Both the position numbers and the translations under genes were made by a program. A stretch of 64,000 nt of DNA, taken from assembly GCA_000965745.1 (NCBI GenBank), contig CP009479.1:1248001-1312000 (forward strand), given 5' to 3'. Each line of letters begins with the position of its first letter. Position 1 is the first letter of the stretch. Source of the stretch: an uncultured archaeon (GTDB taxonomy: Archaea > Thermoplasmatota > Thermoplasmata > Thermoplasmatales > Thermoplasmataceae). Under the pieces are notes generated by a model. It did no database searches and was not told the origin of the DNA. It saw nothing but the letters and a program-made list of their open reading frames with translations. Shown here piece by piece: positions 32,582 to 42,539 of the stretch.

Positions 32582-32605
32582 GGTTGAACCGTTCTAGAAC
32601 GGTAT

Positions 32606-33006
32606 CAAGTATTTCTCCAAGGAGCCGCAAGAAAGCCTCTTGAGTGAGCGGAGGGGAGGAATTGCGGCAAGATTAGATGTTGAGTAACAACATCAATACC
32701 GTGTACAACACCCTTAAGGTAAATCTTCTCCCCGATGAGAAACAGACAGATGCACTCATTGACACTTTCGTGAAATTCAACGAAGCGTGCAATTTTGTGG
32801 CCCGTCTTGCATTCGAGAGAAAGCTGTACAATATGATTCAAGGGCCTTGTCATGGTAAGACTCAATACGGTGAGAGGGAGGTGAAAGTTCCAATAACAAC
32901 AGGAAAATACAGGTAACTGCCTCTTGACTATTGTAGCGGGTGCTATTTTTGATCAGTCTTTGATTCCCCAGCGACAAGCCCCATCCCTAAGGGTGGGGTA
33001 GTTGAC
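32606..33006 (+). mobile_element. Internally deleted IS200/IS605 (tnpB-only) remnant
   Basis: Left-end-like hairpin (GCCGCAA...TTGCGGC), TnpB N-terminus TLKVNLLPDEKQ..L..T...FNEACNF (32677-32916), right-end hairpin GCCCCATCCCTAAGGGTGGGGT followed by AGTTGAC; left boundary approximate. Confidence 0.75.
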
Positions 33007-33057
33007 ACAACCTATATCAGGCTGATTGGATTCTGTGATATATAATCCATAAAGGAA

Positions 33058-33669
33058 GTGCGCCGATTGGAACAAAACCTGTACCTCAAGGGGGAAGAGA
33101 AATTCGGCCGGTTGACATCCGGGCTTTATTCAAAGTTTTCAGGGGTATCCTCAAACATGGCGTACGGACTGATTAGGACGACCATAGTAAATGCCAACCC
33201 CTCGGCACTGCTGGATGTCGGTTGCGGCCCGGGCGATATTCTCGCCAGGGTGGCACTGGAAAACAGCGAAATGAAGCTCTATGGAACAGATCCTTCGCCC
33301 CATATGGTGGAAATAGCAAACAGGAGGATATCCAGGTCTGGAATGAATAACCGTGTGTCAGTGAGGCTGGGAAGCAGTAGAAACCTTCCCTTCGACAGGA
33401 AGTTTGACATGATCATCTCTTCTTTTTCATTCCATCACTGGAAGGGTCAGAAAGAAAGTCTTGAACTTCTTCTGGCAGCGCTTAACCCTTCCGGGAAGCT
33501 TGCCATGTTCGAATTGAACTCACGAAGCTTTCCGGGGAGGTTCCCGTTCGTAAAAAGTCATGCCATGTCAAAGGAATATGCCATGAGCTTCAACTTCCCT
33601 GGTTACGTTTCCAGGGTGGAATTTTCGGACAATTTCAAAATCATCTCCCTTGTTATAGAAAAGCGCTGA
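33058..33669 (+). CDS. Class I SAM-dependent methyltransferase
   Basis: LLDVGCGPG, DPSPHM, FDMIIS..SFHHW, L.PSG. Confidence 0.9.
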   Translation: MRRLEQNLYLKGEEKFGRLTSGLYSKFSGVSSNMAYGLIRTTIVNANPSALLDVGCGPGDILARVALENSEMKLYGTDPSPHMVEIANRRISRSGMNNRVSVRLGSSRNLPFDRKFDMIISSFSFHHWKGQKESLELLLAALNPSGKLAMFELNSRSFPGRFPFVKSHAMSKEYAMSFNFPGYVSRVEFSDNFKIISLVIEKR

Positions 33670-33959
33670 TCACGGATCAAACTGTTTTTGCGCTCTTTTA
33701 AACGGGAAAATGTGATTTCTAGCAATATTTTTAGAGCAAACAGTCGCGTTTTCTTTAGGTATATTGCCGCTTCGCACACATATTTCACACTGAGGATAAA
33801 GCCGGTTAGACAAATGACGAAACATCTACAGGAAAAGTATAAATATTATTTCGTAAGGGAGCTTTAAGTATATCAACCTGCCACACTATCTCACAGATGC
33901 TCTAAAAATAACTATTATTTGAATATTATCATACTCGTCATATATCGAATTCCCAACTC

Positions 33960-33975
33960 CTAAACTTTAAATATT
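33960..33975 (+). promoter_or_regulatory. Putative TATA box for a leaderless oxidase-operon transcript
   Basis: TTTAAATA at 33966-33973, about 25-30 nt before ATG 33997; no SD before the ATG, whereas the downstream genes have SD-like sites. Confidence 0.5.
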
Positions 33976-33996
33976 GTTATCAAGTACAGACTTTCG

Positions 33997-36453
33997 ATGG
34001 ACATTCATGGAAGTGGATCTGGATATTCCAACCCCAGTGAAGCAAGGCCTGAGTCCTGGGTAAGAGACTGGCTGTTTACAACAGACCATAAGAAAATAGG
34101 AATATGGTACTTTGCCACAGCATTTTTCTTCTTTCTGCTTGCAGGCTCAATAGCTCTTATGATCAGGACTCAGCTCATCCTGCCAAACATGCATTTTCTG
34201 GATGCGGCCCAGTACAGTGAGGCCTTCAGCCTCCATGGTTTCACGATGATGTTATTCTTCCTGACTCCATGGAACTTTGCGTTTGGCAACTATTTTGTTC
34301 CGCTTCAGGTTGGAACCAAAAGGCTTGCTTTTCCGAAGCTGGAGTCTCTCGCATACTGGCTGTATCTGCTGGGAGGCATTCTCCTTTTCACTGGACTGTA
34401 CTACCCGGGAGGAGCTTTGAATCTTGGCTGGACACTGTACGCGCCGTTGAATCAAGACGTATTCTTCCCGAATGTAGGTGACACAATTGCACTGTTTGCC
34501 CTGATGATGGAGCTCGTAAGCCTGATCATTGCGGCCCTGAACTTCATAGTTACAATAGTTGGAAGAAGGGCCAAAGGAATGAGGATGGTAGAGGTGCCCC
34601 TGTTCACATGGGCCATACTGTTTGTTAGTGTGCTTCTATGGTTCTCGGCACCCGAGCTTCTGGGGCTTGACACTACGCTTATTCTTGATCGTGTATTCCA
34701 TTTCAGCACTCTGCTCTCTCCAGCAGGAGGGGCTCTGCTGTGGGAACTTGAATGGTGGTATTTCGGCCATCCCGAAGTTTACGTACTGGTCTTACCTGCT
34801 GCGGGTGCGATAGCTGATATGACCAGTACTTTTGCCAAACGGCCTGTATGGGGCAAGAAGATGGTGATAGGAGCCTTCGGGTTTGTGCTCTTCATGAGCA
34901 TACTTGTCTTCTTCCATCACATGTTTATGACCGGCATCCTCATGCCAATGCTTCAGAACGCTTCCGTCTGGACCGAGACCATCTCGATACCGGTGGGAGT
35001 TATCTGGCTGGCCATAGTGGGAACAGTTGTGGGAGGCAAGATCAACGCCAAGAACCCCGCCATGCTATTCATAATCGGGGCAGGAATCAATGTCCTTGTC
35101 GGAGGAACTTCGGGGGAGCTCCTGTCAGCCATTGGAATGGACGTCGGGGTTCACGGGACATTCTTCGTAGTTGGCCACTTCCACTATTTTGTTGTTGGCC
35201 TTGGAGTATTTGGGCTCATTGCAGCAACCTACTACTGGTTCCCAAAGATGACAGGGTTCATGCTGAACAGAAAACTGGGGGTGATTCATTTCATCATATC
35301 CTATATCGGCATCAACCTGCTTTACGGCCCGATGTTCTTCCTTTACAACATGCCCAGAAGGTGGGCATTATACCCGCCCGGGCTTGGATTTACGACACCA
35401 AACTTCATGGCCTCAATTGGAGCCTACATATTCGGAGGGGCACAGGTTATACTCCTGGTGAATATGATCTACACCCTTTACAGACAGGGGCCAAAAGCCC
35501 CGGACAACCCATGGGGCGGATACCAGCCGGAGTGGCTCACCACATCCCCGCCACCAGAACACAACTTTGACGGCCTGATGAACGTAAAGCACACAAAGGA
35601 AGCCATCAAGATTACGTTCGAGCCTCTGAAGAAGATCTACAAGCCTGAACTCTCACCATATCCACTGATTATCTCCGTGGGCGCGTTCATATTCTTCACG
35701 GGAGTTGCACTCTACGTGATGTATTATCCGCCGATAGTCTGGATGGTTGGAGCTGCCATAGTGGCATACGGATTCATAGGCTGGATGTACCAGTCTGCCA
35801 GGCTTAGAGACTACCTTGGCGAAGATGTGCATGAGAGGAACATGAAAGGGTTCTCAGGAATAAATCTGACAGACTTCGGAATGTTCGGGTTTATAACAGG
35901 ATTTGTCCTGTTCTTCAGTTCCTTCCTGGGAACAGGCGTATTCGGCTACCTGCAGACAAAGGCGTTCTCCATACTGGGCGCTTTCCCGTTTTCGAACGAC
36001 CCGCCACTTGCCTTGGGTTCAATAATGCCTCACTATCAGATGGCGGCTGCCACTATCCTGGCAATCGTTTCGACGGTGGGATTGGGAGTTGCCTATGAAG
36101 GAGCAAAGTTGAGAAAATACACGGCAATAAATTCGGGCCTCGGGGCAGCTGCTGTGATGATCATAGCTGTTGTTGTGATGTATCTTTCCAGTTTTGCCAT
36201 AATGGGAACGGACGGATACGGCTTCGCAGCAGCGCACAACAGCATGCTTCTGTCAACGTTCTATGACAACTTCATACCTCTGACCGCATTCTTTGTGGCT
36301 TCGGCAGCAGTTGCCATTTACATGATGATGAACGCTCTGAGGAAGAAGATCACGATGACTCCGAGAATAACGAGCATGAGGGCATTGCTGATCTTCAACA
36401 CCTTCACAACAGCATTTGCAGTGATCGCGTACATTGTAGTTGGGGCGCTATAA
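33997..36453 (+). CDS. coxA: Heme-copper oxidase subunit I with C-terminal subunit III-like extension
   Basis: TTDHKKIG, LHG, GWTLYAPL, WYFGHPEVY, HHMF, HFHY, MPRR; about 270-aa hydrophobic C-terminal extension. Confidence 0.95.
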   Translation: MDIHGSGSGYSNPSEARPESWVRDWLFTTDHKKIGIWYFATAFFFFLLAGSIALMIRTQLILPNMHFLDAAQYSEAFSLHGFTMMLFFLTPWNFAFGNYFVPLQVGTKRLAFPKLESLAYWLYLLGGILLFTGLYYPGGALNLGWTLYAPLNQDVFFPNVGDTIALFALMMELVSLIIAALNFIVTIVGRRAKGMRMVEVPLFTWAILFVSVLLWFSAPELLGLDTTLILDRVFHFSTLLSPAGGALLWELEWWYFGHPEVYVLVLPAAGAIADMTSTFAKRPVWGKKMVIGAFGFVLFMSILVFFHHMFMTGILMPMLQNASVWTETISIPVGVIWLAIVGTVVGGKINAKNPAMLFIIGAGINVLVGGTSGELLSAIGMDVGVHGTFFVVGHFHYFVVGLGVFGLIAATYYWFPKMTGFMLNRKLGVIHFIISYIGINLLYGPMFFLYNMPRRWALYPPGLGFTTPNFMASIGAYIFGGAQVILLVNMIYTLYRQGPKAPDNPWGGYQPEWLTTSPPPEHNFDGLMNVKHTKEAIKITFEPLKKIYKPELSPYPLIISVGAFIFFTGVALYVMYYPPIVWMVGAAIVAYGFIGWMYQSARLRDYLGEDVHERNMKGFSGINLTDFGMFGFITGFVLFFSSFLGTGVFGYLQTKAFSILGAFPFSNDPPLALGSIMPHYQMAAATILAIVSTVGLGVAYEGAKLRKYTAINSGLGAAAVMIIAVVVMYLSSFAIMGTDGYGFAAAHNSMLLSTFYDNFIPLTAFFVASAAVAIYMMMNALRKKITMTPRITSMRALLIFNTFTTAFAVIAYIVVGAL

Positions 36454-36464
36454 GGAGGTGATCT

Positions 36465-36734
36465 TTGATAATGGAAAATAATGAAAATATGAAAAAGAAA
36501 ATGGAAACTCCGGTGAAGGAACCAACTACGCCGAAACCGGAGGAAAAATACTTCGAAGAGGAGGAGGAATATGAGGAGGCAAAGGAGCCTGTTGACGATC
36601 CTTACATCGAGGACGCCGGCACGACAAAAGGAGGCCCTTACTTCGCCTTCTTTGCAGCATTGATAGTCATGTCGCTGATGCTCGCTGTATGGCTCTTCTC
36701 AGCCCTGTACTTCGGGAGGTGGAACCTGATATGA
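36465..36734 (+). CDS. Small single-TM protein with acidic N-terminus; putative oxidase accessory subunit
   Basis: GGAGGTGA SD; translationally coupled to the next gene (ATGA overlap); one TM helix. Confidence 0.7.
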   Translation: MIMENNENMKKKMETPVKEPTTPKPEEKYFEEEEEYEEAKEPVDDPYIEDAGTTKGGPYFAFFAALIVMSLMLAVWLFSALYFGRWNLI

Positions 36735-37420
36735 ATACGAAAAGGGCAGCAATGATCGCTGGTGGGCTGTTTCTAGCAGTCTTTCTGGCGGCAGCTGATT
36801 TCACGATTGCGGTTCACCAGCCCACATGGCAGGACGTAGTCCCGGTGCAGCCGCAGCTTCAGCCACATTATCTCCCATGGTCCAACAACACTACCATGGG
36901 GACTGATAACGGGACAATAGCTATTCATATGAGTGCAGACCCTGGAACGCAGCCATACAACTTCAACGGCACATCCTGGGGGCGCCTGAACTACTATCTG
37001 CCTGCGCATGTGAACATCTGGCTCACTTTCACCAATAACATGAACATCTCGCACAGCGACCACCTGTTCAGGGCTCCTTCGTCCTGGAACGGACAGGAGC
37101 GCATACCGCAGGTTGCTGACCCCGGAGCGGCCGGATGGACTCAGATAGGTCCGGCAATTGGTTCGCTGCTGCCGACAACAGCTCAGTACAACAATGAAAC
37201 CGGACTGATTTCCAACACATCAGGGTACAATTCCCATTCAAATACAGTCTTCATCCCCGGGGAAAACCTGACCTCCGGGCTCTACCTGTTCATATGCGGA
37301 GTCCCGGGGCATGGTGAGGACGGGATGTATGCCTATGTCCACGTGAGCAACTCCATACAGAACCCTTACTATGTTGTTATCAACAAGGGCCTGACCTCGG
37401 GCCAGCTAGGAGGAAGATAG
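36731..37420 (+). CDS. Membrane-anchored blue copper protein (sulfocyanin/rusticyanin-like)
   Basis: N-terminal anchor, SHS His and YLFICGVPGHGEDGMY type-1 copper Cys/His/Met ligands. Confidence 0.88.
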   Translation: MNTKRAAMIAGGLFLAVFLAAADFTIAVHQPTWQDVVPVQPQLQPHYLPWSNNTTMGTDNGTIAIHMSADPGTQPYNFNGTSWGRLNYYLPAHVNIWLTFTNNMNISHSDHLFRAPSSWNGQERIPQVADPGAAGWTQIGPAIGSLLPTTAQYNNETGLISNTSGYNSHSNTVFIPGENLTSGLYLFICGVPGHGEDGMYAYVHVSNSIQNPYYVVINKGLTSGQLGGR

Positions 37421-37421
37421 G

Positions 37422-38351
37422 ATGGATGTAATAAGTATAGTTAACACGGTATTTGGATACAACCCGTCGTCCTTCACGAGGTCAAACTTCTGGTTTGACT
37501 TCATGAGGTACCTCATAATCGGGTTTGTAGTATCCGTAGGATTCGCCATATGGTTCTACATTGTGCACAGGAACGCGGCAAGAAGAAAGGAGGATCCAAA
37601 GGATGCAGTGAAGCCGGGCAGGATACCTTCGCCAAATGCAAGGACATACAAGAAAGTCTGGCTTGTATTCATCCTGCTGGTAATGCTGATGTTCTACAGC
37701 CTTATCGTTGCGTCTCTCCCGAATGATGCAAATGTCAGGACTCCGCCCGCATCCGTGCAGTCGCAGTACCAGCACAGCCTTAACGTATATGTCTACGGCC
37801 AGCAGTGGCAGTGGCAGTACTACATTCCGAAGTACCACCTGTGGTACCTCTACCAGACGAACCTTCCGGCCAACACGATAATCTACTTCCATGTCACGAG
37901 CCGGGACGTCATGCATGACTTTGCCGTCCCGGCTTTCAAGATAAAGGTGGATGCATTCCCGAGCCATTGGAATACAGTCTGGACAGAGGTGTCCACCCCG
38001 GGAACCTATATGGCCGAATGCATGGAATACTGCGGAATAGCTCATTATCTGATGAGATCGCCGCTGACAGTGATGACTTACGGAAACTTCACAACATGGG
38101 CACAGAACCATGCAGGCCAGAAACTGATCGGAGCCTACGGGCCATACGTTCAGGAGTCTGGCCTTCAGCCGCACACACTTCAGCACAACAACCAGGCACT
38201 TGCAAACCAGACAGCGGGCCTCCTTGGTTCGAAGAATGTAAACAGCCAGAGCAACAACACGTTCAGCGTACTTACAAAGAACCTGAACAAAGACACGCAT
38301 ACGGTAATGAGGCACATAATGGAGGACGGGTCCAGGCTATTCGAACTCTAA
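37422..38351 (+). CDS. coxB: Heme-copper oxidase subunit II (CuA)
   Basis: Two TM helices, GQQWQWQYY, SRDVMHDF, CMEYCGIAHYLM CuA motif. Confidence 0.94.
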   Translation: MDVISIVNTVFGYNPSSFTRSNFWFDFMRYLIIGFVVSVGFAIWFYIVHRNAARRKEDPKDAVKPGRIPSPNARTYKKVWLVFILLVMLMFYSLIVASLPNDANVRTPPASVQSQYQHSLNVYVYGQQWQWQYYIPKYHLWYLYQTNLPANTIIYFHVTSRDVMHDFAVPAFKIKVDAFPSHWNTVWTEVSTPGTYMAECMEYCGIAHYLMRSPLTVMTYGNFTTWAQNHAGQKLIGAYGPYVQESGLQPHTLQHNNQALANQTAGLLGSKNVNSQSNNTFSVLTKNLNKDTHTVMRHIMEDGSRLFEL

Positions 38352-38388
38352 AATGACCGTCTCAGAAATTAACTATTTTTATTTTTTT

Positions 38389-39690
38389 GGTTCTTCCTAG
38401 TTTTGTGTGGGCTCATGGATAAAGCTCCAGATTTCCGCATTTGAAATATATTGCTGTCTTGAGATGGCCTCTGTTCCTGAATCCATACGCCATCTTCTCT
38501 ATCAGCGCGATCTTTGAATTGATTCCCTCTGCCTTTGCGTTTGTTATCCTGTGGATGAAATAGTTCAGTATCTTGTCGATGTGCATTCGCATCATCTTCG
38601 CCACCTTCTTCATTGCATCAATCGAGGAGTGCACGATCCAGGAGTGCCATCTCTTCCAGTAATCCATTGCATCCTCCATTGAGGGGAGATTCCACAGGTT
38701 CCTTATGTTCTCCTTCATGGAGTACGCCTTGCCCGTCCTTAGATCTGAATTCCTTAGCTCATTGTACCGCTCCCTGTACCTTTCGGGAAGGCGATCGCCG
38801 GAATAGAGCCATATGTACCTTGATCCTTTGAGGTCCATGATACCCTTCTTCACCAGTTCACGATTCTCCTCCTTCCTCACCGCATCAACCGCTTCATTCA
38901 CATGGCGCATGACATGAAACCTGTCGAAGACGATCTTTGAATGAGCCTGTGGTACATGCTCAAGCGTGGATGATATGTACGGATCCCACATGTCCATTGA
39001 TACCGCATCTATGCGAGATAATTCATCATCACTCATCGTTTTGTAATACTCATCGAGTGATGATTTCCTCCTGTCCATGGAGATGAACTCAACACCGCTG
39101 TTCTCCATGTCCATCACCAGCGTGATGTACTTGTGCCCCTTCCTGTACGATTTGTCATCAACGCCTATGATCCTTGGCCTTGATGTTTTCCTTGACAGTC
39201 CTCTCTTAACCGCATGATCGATGATGTTCCATGCCCGGCTCCAGGAAATGTCCATTACCCGGGTGAAATTCTCAACATCCATGTTCTGGAGCATCCTTAT
39301 GGATCTTGATTCGAATCTGAGAGTGAACCTTGATCTCTTCTCGGAGAGGGGCATGACCGCCTCTCTTATGCCATGCTCCGGACACTGTATCCTTGGTGAT
39401 CTGGCATGAATGAATGTCTTGAACCCTATGCTGTCAAGATCCCTCCAGACCCTTTCCCTCAGATGATCGTAGACCATGCACTCCCTCCTGCACTCGGGAC
39501 ATGGGAGCTTAGCTCCCCTGTCGTGTGCTATGAAGACTTCAACAACCTTGTCATTTGAATCAAGTGAAACACTCTCAACCCTCCAGGGGTTCTTGAGCCC
39601 TAAGAGCTCGGAGTACAACTGTTCAGCATCCTGCATGGCAAATATAATGAAAAGAAGGATAAAAATACCCACACATTTCTAGGATGAACC
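38389..39690 (-). mobile_element. Complete ISL3-family insertion sequence
   Basis: 23-bp imperfect IRs GGTTCTTCCTAGTTTTGTGTGGG / GGTTCATCCTAGAAATGTGTGGG; 8-bp target duplication ATTTTTTT at 38381-38388 and 39691-39698. Confidence 0.95.
38413..39636 (-). CDS. ISL3 transposase
   Basis: CPEC zinc finger, IGVDD, SMDMW, FDRFHV, TNAKAEGINSKI...AYGFRN. Confidence 0.95.
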   Translation of the reverse strand: MQDAEQLYSELLGLKNPWRVESVSLDSNDKVVEVFIAHDRGAKLPCPECRRECMVYDHLRERVWRDLDSIGFKTFIHARSPRIQCPEHGIREAVMPLSEKRSRFTLRFESRSIRMLQNMDVENFTRVMDISWSRAWNIIDHAVKRGLSRKTSRPRIIGVDDKSYRKGHKYITLVMDMENSGVEFISMDRRKSSLDEYYKTMSDDELSRIDAVSMDMWDPYISSTLEHVPQAHSKIVFDRFHVMRHVNEAVDAVRKEENRELVKKGIMDLKGSRYIWLYSGDRLPERYRERYNELRNSDLRTGKAYSMKENIRNLWNLPSMEDAMDYWKRWHSWIVHSSIDAMKKVAKMMRMHIDKILNYFIHRITNAKAEGINSKIALIEKMAYGFRNRGHLKTAIYFKCGNLELYP

Positions 39691-39703
39691 ATTTTTTTGA
39701 AAG

Positions 39704-41455
39704 GTGATAAGAATCTTCAGTGAACAGCCCAACAGCAGAAGCTACCCGATGCGAAGCAACGCTTCAGGGAAACAGGGACTGAAATTTGTAGCCGTCGGCA
39801 TACTGTTCTCACTCGCGCTCATGTCATACTGGTACTTTGTCCAGGACGGCGTGGCGTTCATGCAGCCAGGAAAGGTTGAAAGGCTGATGATTCTCTTCTA
39901 CATTATTTTGTCATCTTCTATTTTCATGGTCGTCCACGGCTTGAGAAAATTCTACCGCCAATATATTGAAGAAACGGCTGAAGTCCAGAAAATCGTCAGG
40001 TTTCTCACAGTATTGTACAGCATATTCTATCTCTATTTCTCCGGGATCGTAGCGTGGCAGCCGAAAATTGACTTCACAAGAGTATACGGGGTCACACACG
40101 CAACTATTATCGGCTTCCCGGCGTCCGGTTCATTCGGCCAATATCCCTCTGTAAACATTTTCGCCCCTCCATCCTGGCATCTGGGGGCGGAGGTGCTTCC
40201 CCTTGATCTCATTCTGATGTCGGTGATTATTCCCATGGTGGCGCTCAATTTCGGGATAATCCTGACAACACTGCGCAGGCACAGGCGCATGAGCAACGCA
40301 CCACTAAACAGCACAGGTGTCGCCGCAACCATATTCACTTCGTGTCCCACCTGCGCGGTGAGTGCGATAGCTTTTGGTGTCAGTGGCATAGGGGCCGCCT
40401 CATGGTATGCAACGCTCGCGTCATACCAGTACCTCTTTGTGGCCATAGTTGTCCCCCTGCTTCTGGCTCTGCCCTTCATCAATGAACCAGCATTGAAAGG
40501 TGTATGTAAAATGACTAGTTTAAGTGATAAAGGTGTTAAAAGACCGTTTCTGTCACCTGGTTATGAAGATAAGAAAATCAGGAGCGGCGTTTCAGCAAAG
40601 GATTATATCAGCCTGATGAAGCCGGGTATATCATTCCTGCTCATAGTGGAGGCTGTATCATCCTATCTAATAGCAGATTCTCTTGCAGTGGGGATTGTGA
40701 CCCTGCTGTCGCTGATAGCTGCGGGCTTCCTCTCTTCTGGAGGGTCAGCTGCCATCAATAACTTTCTGGAGAAAGACAGGGATTCCCGGATGGAAAGAAC
40801 ATCTCGGAGGCCGGTCGCATCAGAAAGGATCTCACCAGGGAAGGCTCTGGTATTCGGCATTCTGTCCATATCATTTTCCCTGGCTATTTCCGCGATATTG
40901 ATCAACCTGTTTACAGCAGTTATGATCTCCTTTGGGGCAATCTCATACATATTCCTCTACACTCTGTTTCTCAAACCCAGGACCGAGATGAACATCGTAA
41001 TTGGAGGGATAGCGGGAGTCTTTCCAGCCCTGGCGGGTTGGTCAGCGGCAACAGGGTCTATCGGACCACTCGCATTTCTCATAGGGGCAATAGTTTTTCT
41101 CTGGACTCCACCACACTTCTGGGGGCTCGCGACAAAATACAGGGATGACTACAGGCTTGCAGGTTATCCTATGCTCCCAGTGAGCAGGGACATAAAAGGA
41201 ACCGTGAGGGCAATAACAATCTGGTCTGTTCCGATGCTTGTTGCGCCATTTGTTCCACTGATAATTCCCCAGATAGGCACTCTTGGCATTATGTATTATG
41301 GGGCTGCAGCAGTGGTTACAGCCATATTTGTCAAGATCGATGTGGACATGCTCAGGGAGCCGACGGAGAAGAACGCTTTCAGGGCGTTTACCTTTTCCAT
41401 ACCGTACCTGTTTGTGATACTCCTGGCAATGATCGCGGGAACAATCACACTTTAG
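39704..41455 (+). CDS. ctaB: Fusion of an unknown membrane domain (SCPTC) and heme o synthase (protoheme IX farnesyltransferase)
   Basis: C-terminal half has LMKP, D..MERTSRRP, LYTLFLKPRT..NIVIGG, WTPPHFW, DDYRLAGYPMLP. Confidence 0.88.
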   Translation: MIRIFSEQPNSRSYPMRSNASGKQGLKFVAVGILFSLALMSYWYFVQDGVAFMQPGKVERLMILFYIILSSSIFMVVHGLRKFYRQYIEETAEVQKIVRFLTVLYSIFYLYFSGIVAWQPKIDFTRVYGVTHATIIGFPASGSFGQYPSVNIFAPPSWHLGAEVLPLDLILMSVIIPMVALNFGIILTTLRRHRRMSNAPLNSTGVAATIFTSCPTCAVSAIAFGVSGIGAASWYATLASYQYLFVAIVVPLLLALPFINEPALKGVCKMTSLSDKGVKRPFLSPGYEDKKIRSGVSAKDYISLMKPGISFLLIVEAVSSYLIADSLAVGIVTLLSLIAAGFLSSGGSAAINNFLEKDRDSRMERTSRRPVASERISPGKALVFGILSISFSLAISAILINLFTAVMISFGAISYIFLYTLFLKPRTEMNIVIGGIAGVFPALAGWSAATGSIGPLAFLIGAIVFLWTPPHFWGLATKYRDDYRLAGYPMLPVSRDIKGTVRAITIWSVPMLVAPFVPLIIPQIGTLGIMYYGAAAVVTAIFVKIDVDMLREPTEKNAFRAFTFSIPYLFVILLAMIAGTITL

Positions 41456-41464
41456 TGATCTGAA

Positions 41465-42250
41465 ATGTTAGTGTATTCACTTTCCATTGCAGAAGCAATA
41501 TTCGCGGGCTCCATCATAGTCATAGGAGGGATGGTTGAGGGAACCGGAAAAGGCCTCTCTCTGGGTACAAAATGGCCTTATACCAGGAACATGCCGGGGC
41601 TTGCACTGAAGCTGGATTCAGAGGTCTGGCACAGAGTCGTTGCCACTATTCTGGGATTGAATGCGGTGGCAATACTGATACTTGGAAGGGGGGAACTTGA
41701 GATAGTGGGATTTCTCCTTGTTGCAGCTACGGCCCTCCTTGGGCTTGGGACCCTGTACACACAGGCAGGAAAAGCCCCGTCACTTATTCAGGGGACTCAT
41801 GACATTCTTGCTTACCTGACCCTGTTGACATATCTCCTGCTTGCTGTAAGCGACCCTGTCAACTTCGGCTCATTCCTCCTGCATGCCATCCCGCTTCATT
41901 CATTCCTTCTGGTCGCATTCATGGGGGGTGTAACTGCAGGCCAGAGAGGTTTTGGAAAAGCAATAGGGCAGTTTGTGGTTCCGAAGACATTTGCACAATG
42001 GGCATGGGTTGTTCATATGCTTTCTGTCCTGATCTTTATCCTGACGCTGGCGTATTTCTTCCCGAACTATGACGTGGCCTTTATCCTGACACTTGTCCAG
42101 ATGGGGGTTGGTCTTTTTTCATACCAGTCGGTCAACAAAAACCCAAAGAGGCCTGGAATGCTCATACCGACACATCAGCTTTTCTCTGTGCTGATAGTGG
42201 TATCTATATTCTTCGGCTTGTCTATAAACGTACCATTTCTTATGAAATAA
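41465..42250 (+). CDS. Heme A synthase-like (CtaA/COX15) membrane protein
   Basis: GG.V...G.GL...WP, EVWHR, internal His and terminal HQ; lies next to ctaB. Confidence 0.6.
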   Translation: MLVYSLSIAEAIFAGSIIVIGGMVEGTGKGLSLGTKWPYTRNMPGLALKLDSEVWHRVVATILGLNAVAILILGRGELEIVGFLLVAATALLGLGTLYTQAGKAPSLIQGTHDILAYLTLLTYLLLAVSDPVNFGSFLLHAIPLHSFLLVAFMGGVTAGQRGFGKAIGQFVVPKTFAQWAWVVHMLSVLIFILTLAYFFPNYDVAFILTLVQMGVGLFSYQSVNKNPKRPGMLIPTHQLFSVLIVVSIFFGLSINVPFLMK

Positions 42251-42341
42251 ATCAATCTTTAATTAATATTAATTTACCTAAATTATATCTTCCTGTTTTT
42301 ACCTTCATCTTCTCCCTTTTTGGGAAATAGTTAAGTAAATT

Positions 42342-42539
42342 ATGGCCATGGTTAGGTATATGAATAAACTGATGGTGGTCGCAGGTTTCGCGCTTATCGC
42401 CTTTGGGGTATTCTACATGCCATTCTCCAGATTTGCAGCCTGGGACCTTTACCTGGAGGCCGCCGCCTCTATGATCTTTATAGCAGGCGCACTTTTTTTC
42501 GAGAAAGATGAAGACTTCATAGATGAGGATGAAGAGTAA
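42342..42539 (+). CDS. Small two-TM protein with acidic tail
   Basis: Two hydrophobic segments, DEDFIDEDEE end. Confidence 0.6.
   Translation: MAMVRYMNKLMVVAGFALIAFGVFYMPFSRFAAWDLYLEAAASMIFIAGALFFEKDEDFIDEDEE

Noticed and set aside
32677-33030. Active TnpB RNA-guided system
   Set aside because: Only an N-terminal fragment remains, with no RuvC domain and little right-end scaffold.
37482-38315. Long antisense or alternate-frame ORFs (also 26946-27722, 34848-35570, 15840-16487)
   Set aside because: Shadows of well-supported genes with no recognisable motifs.
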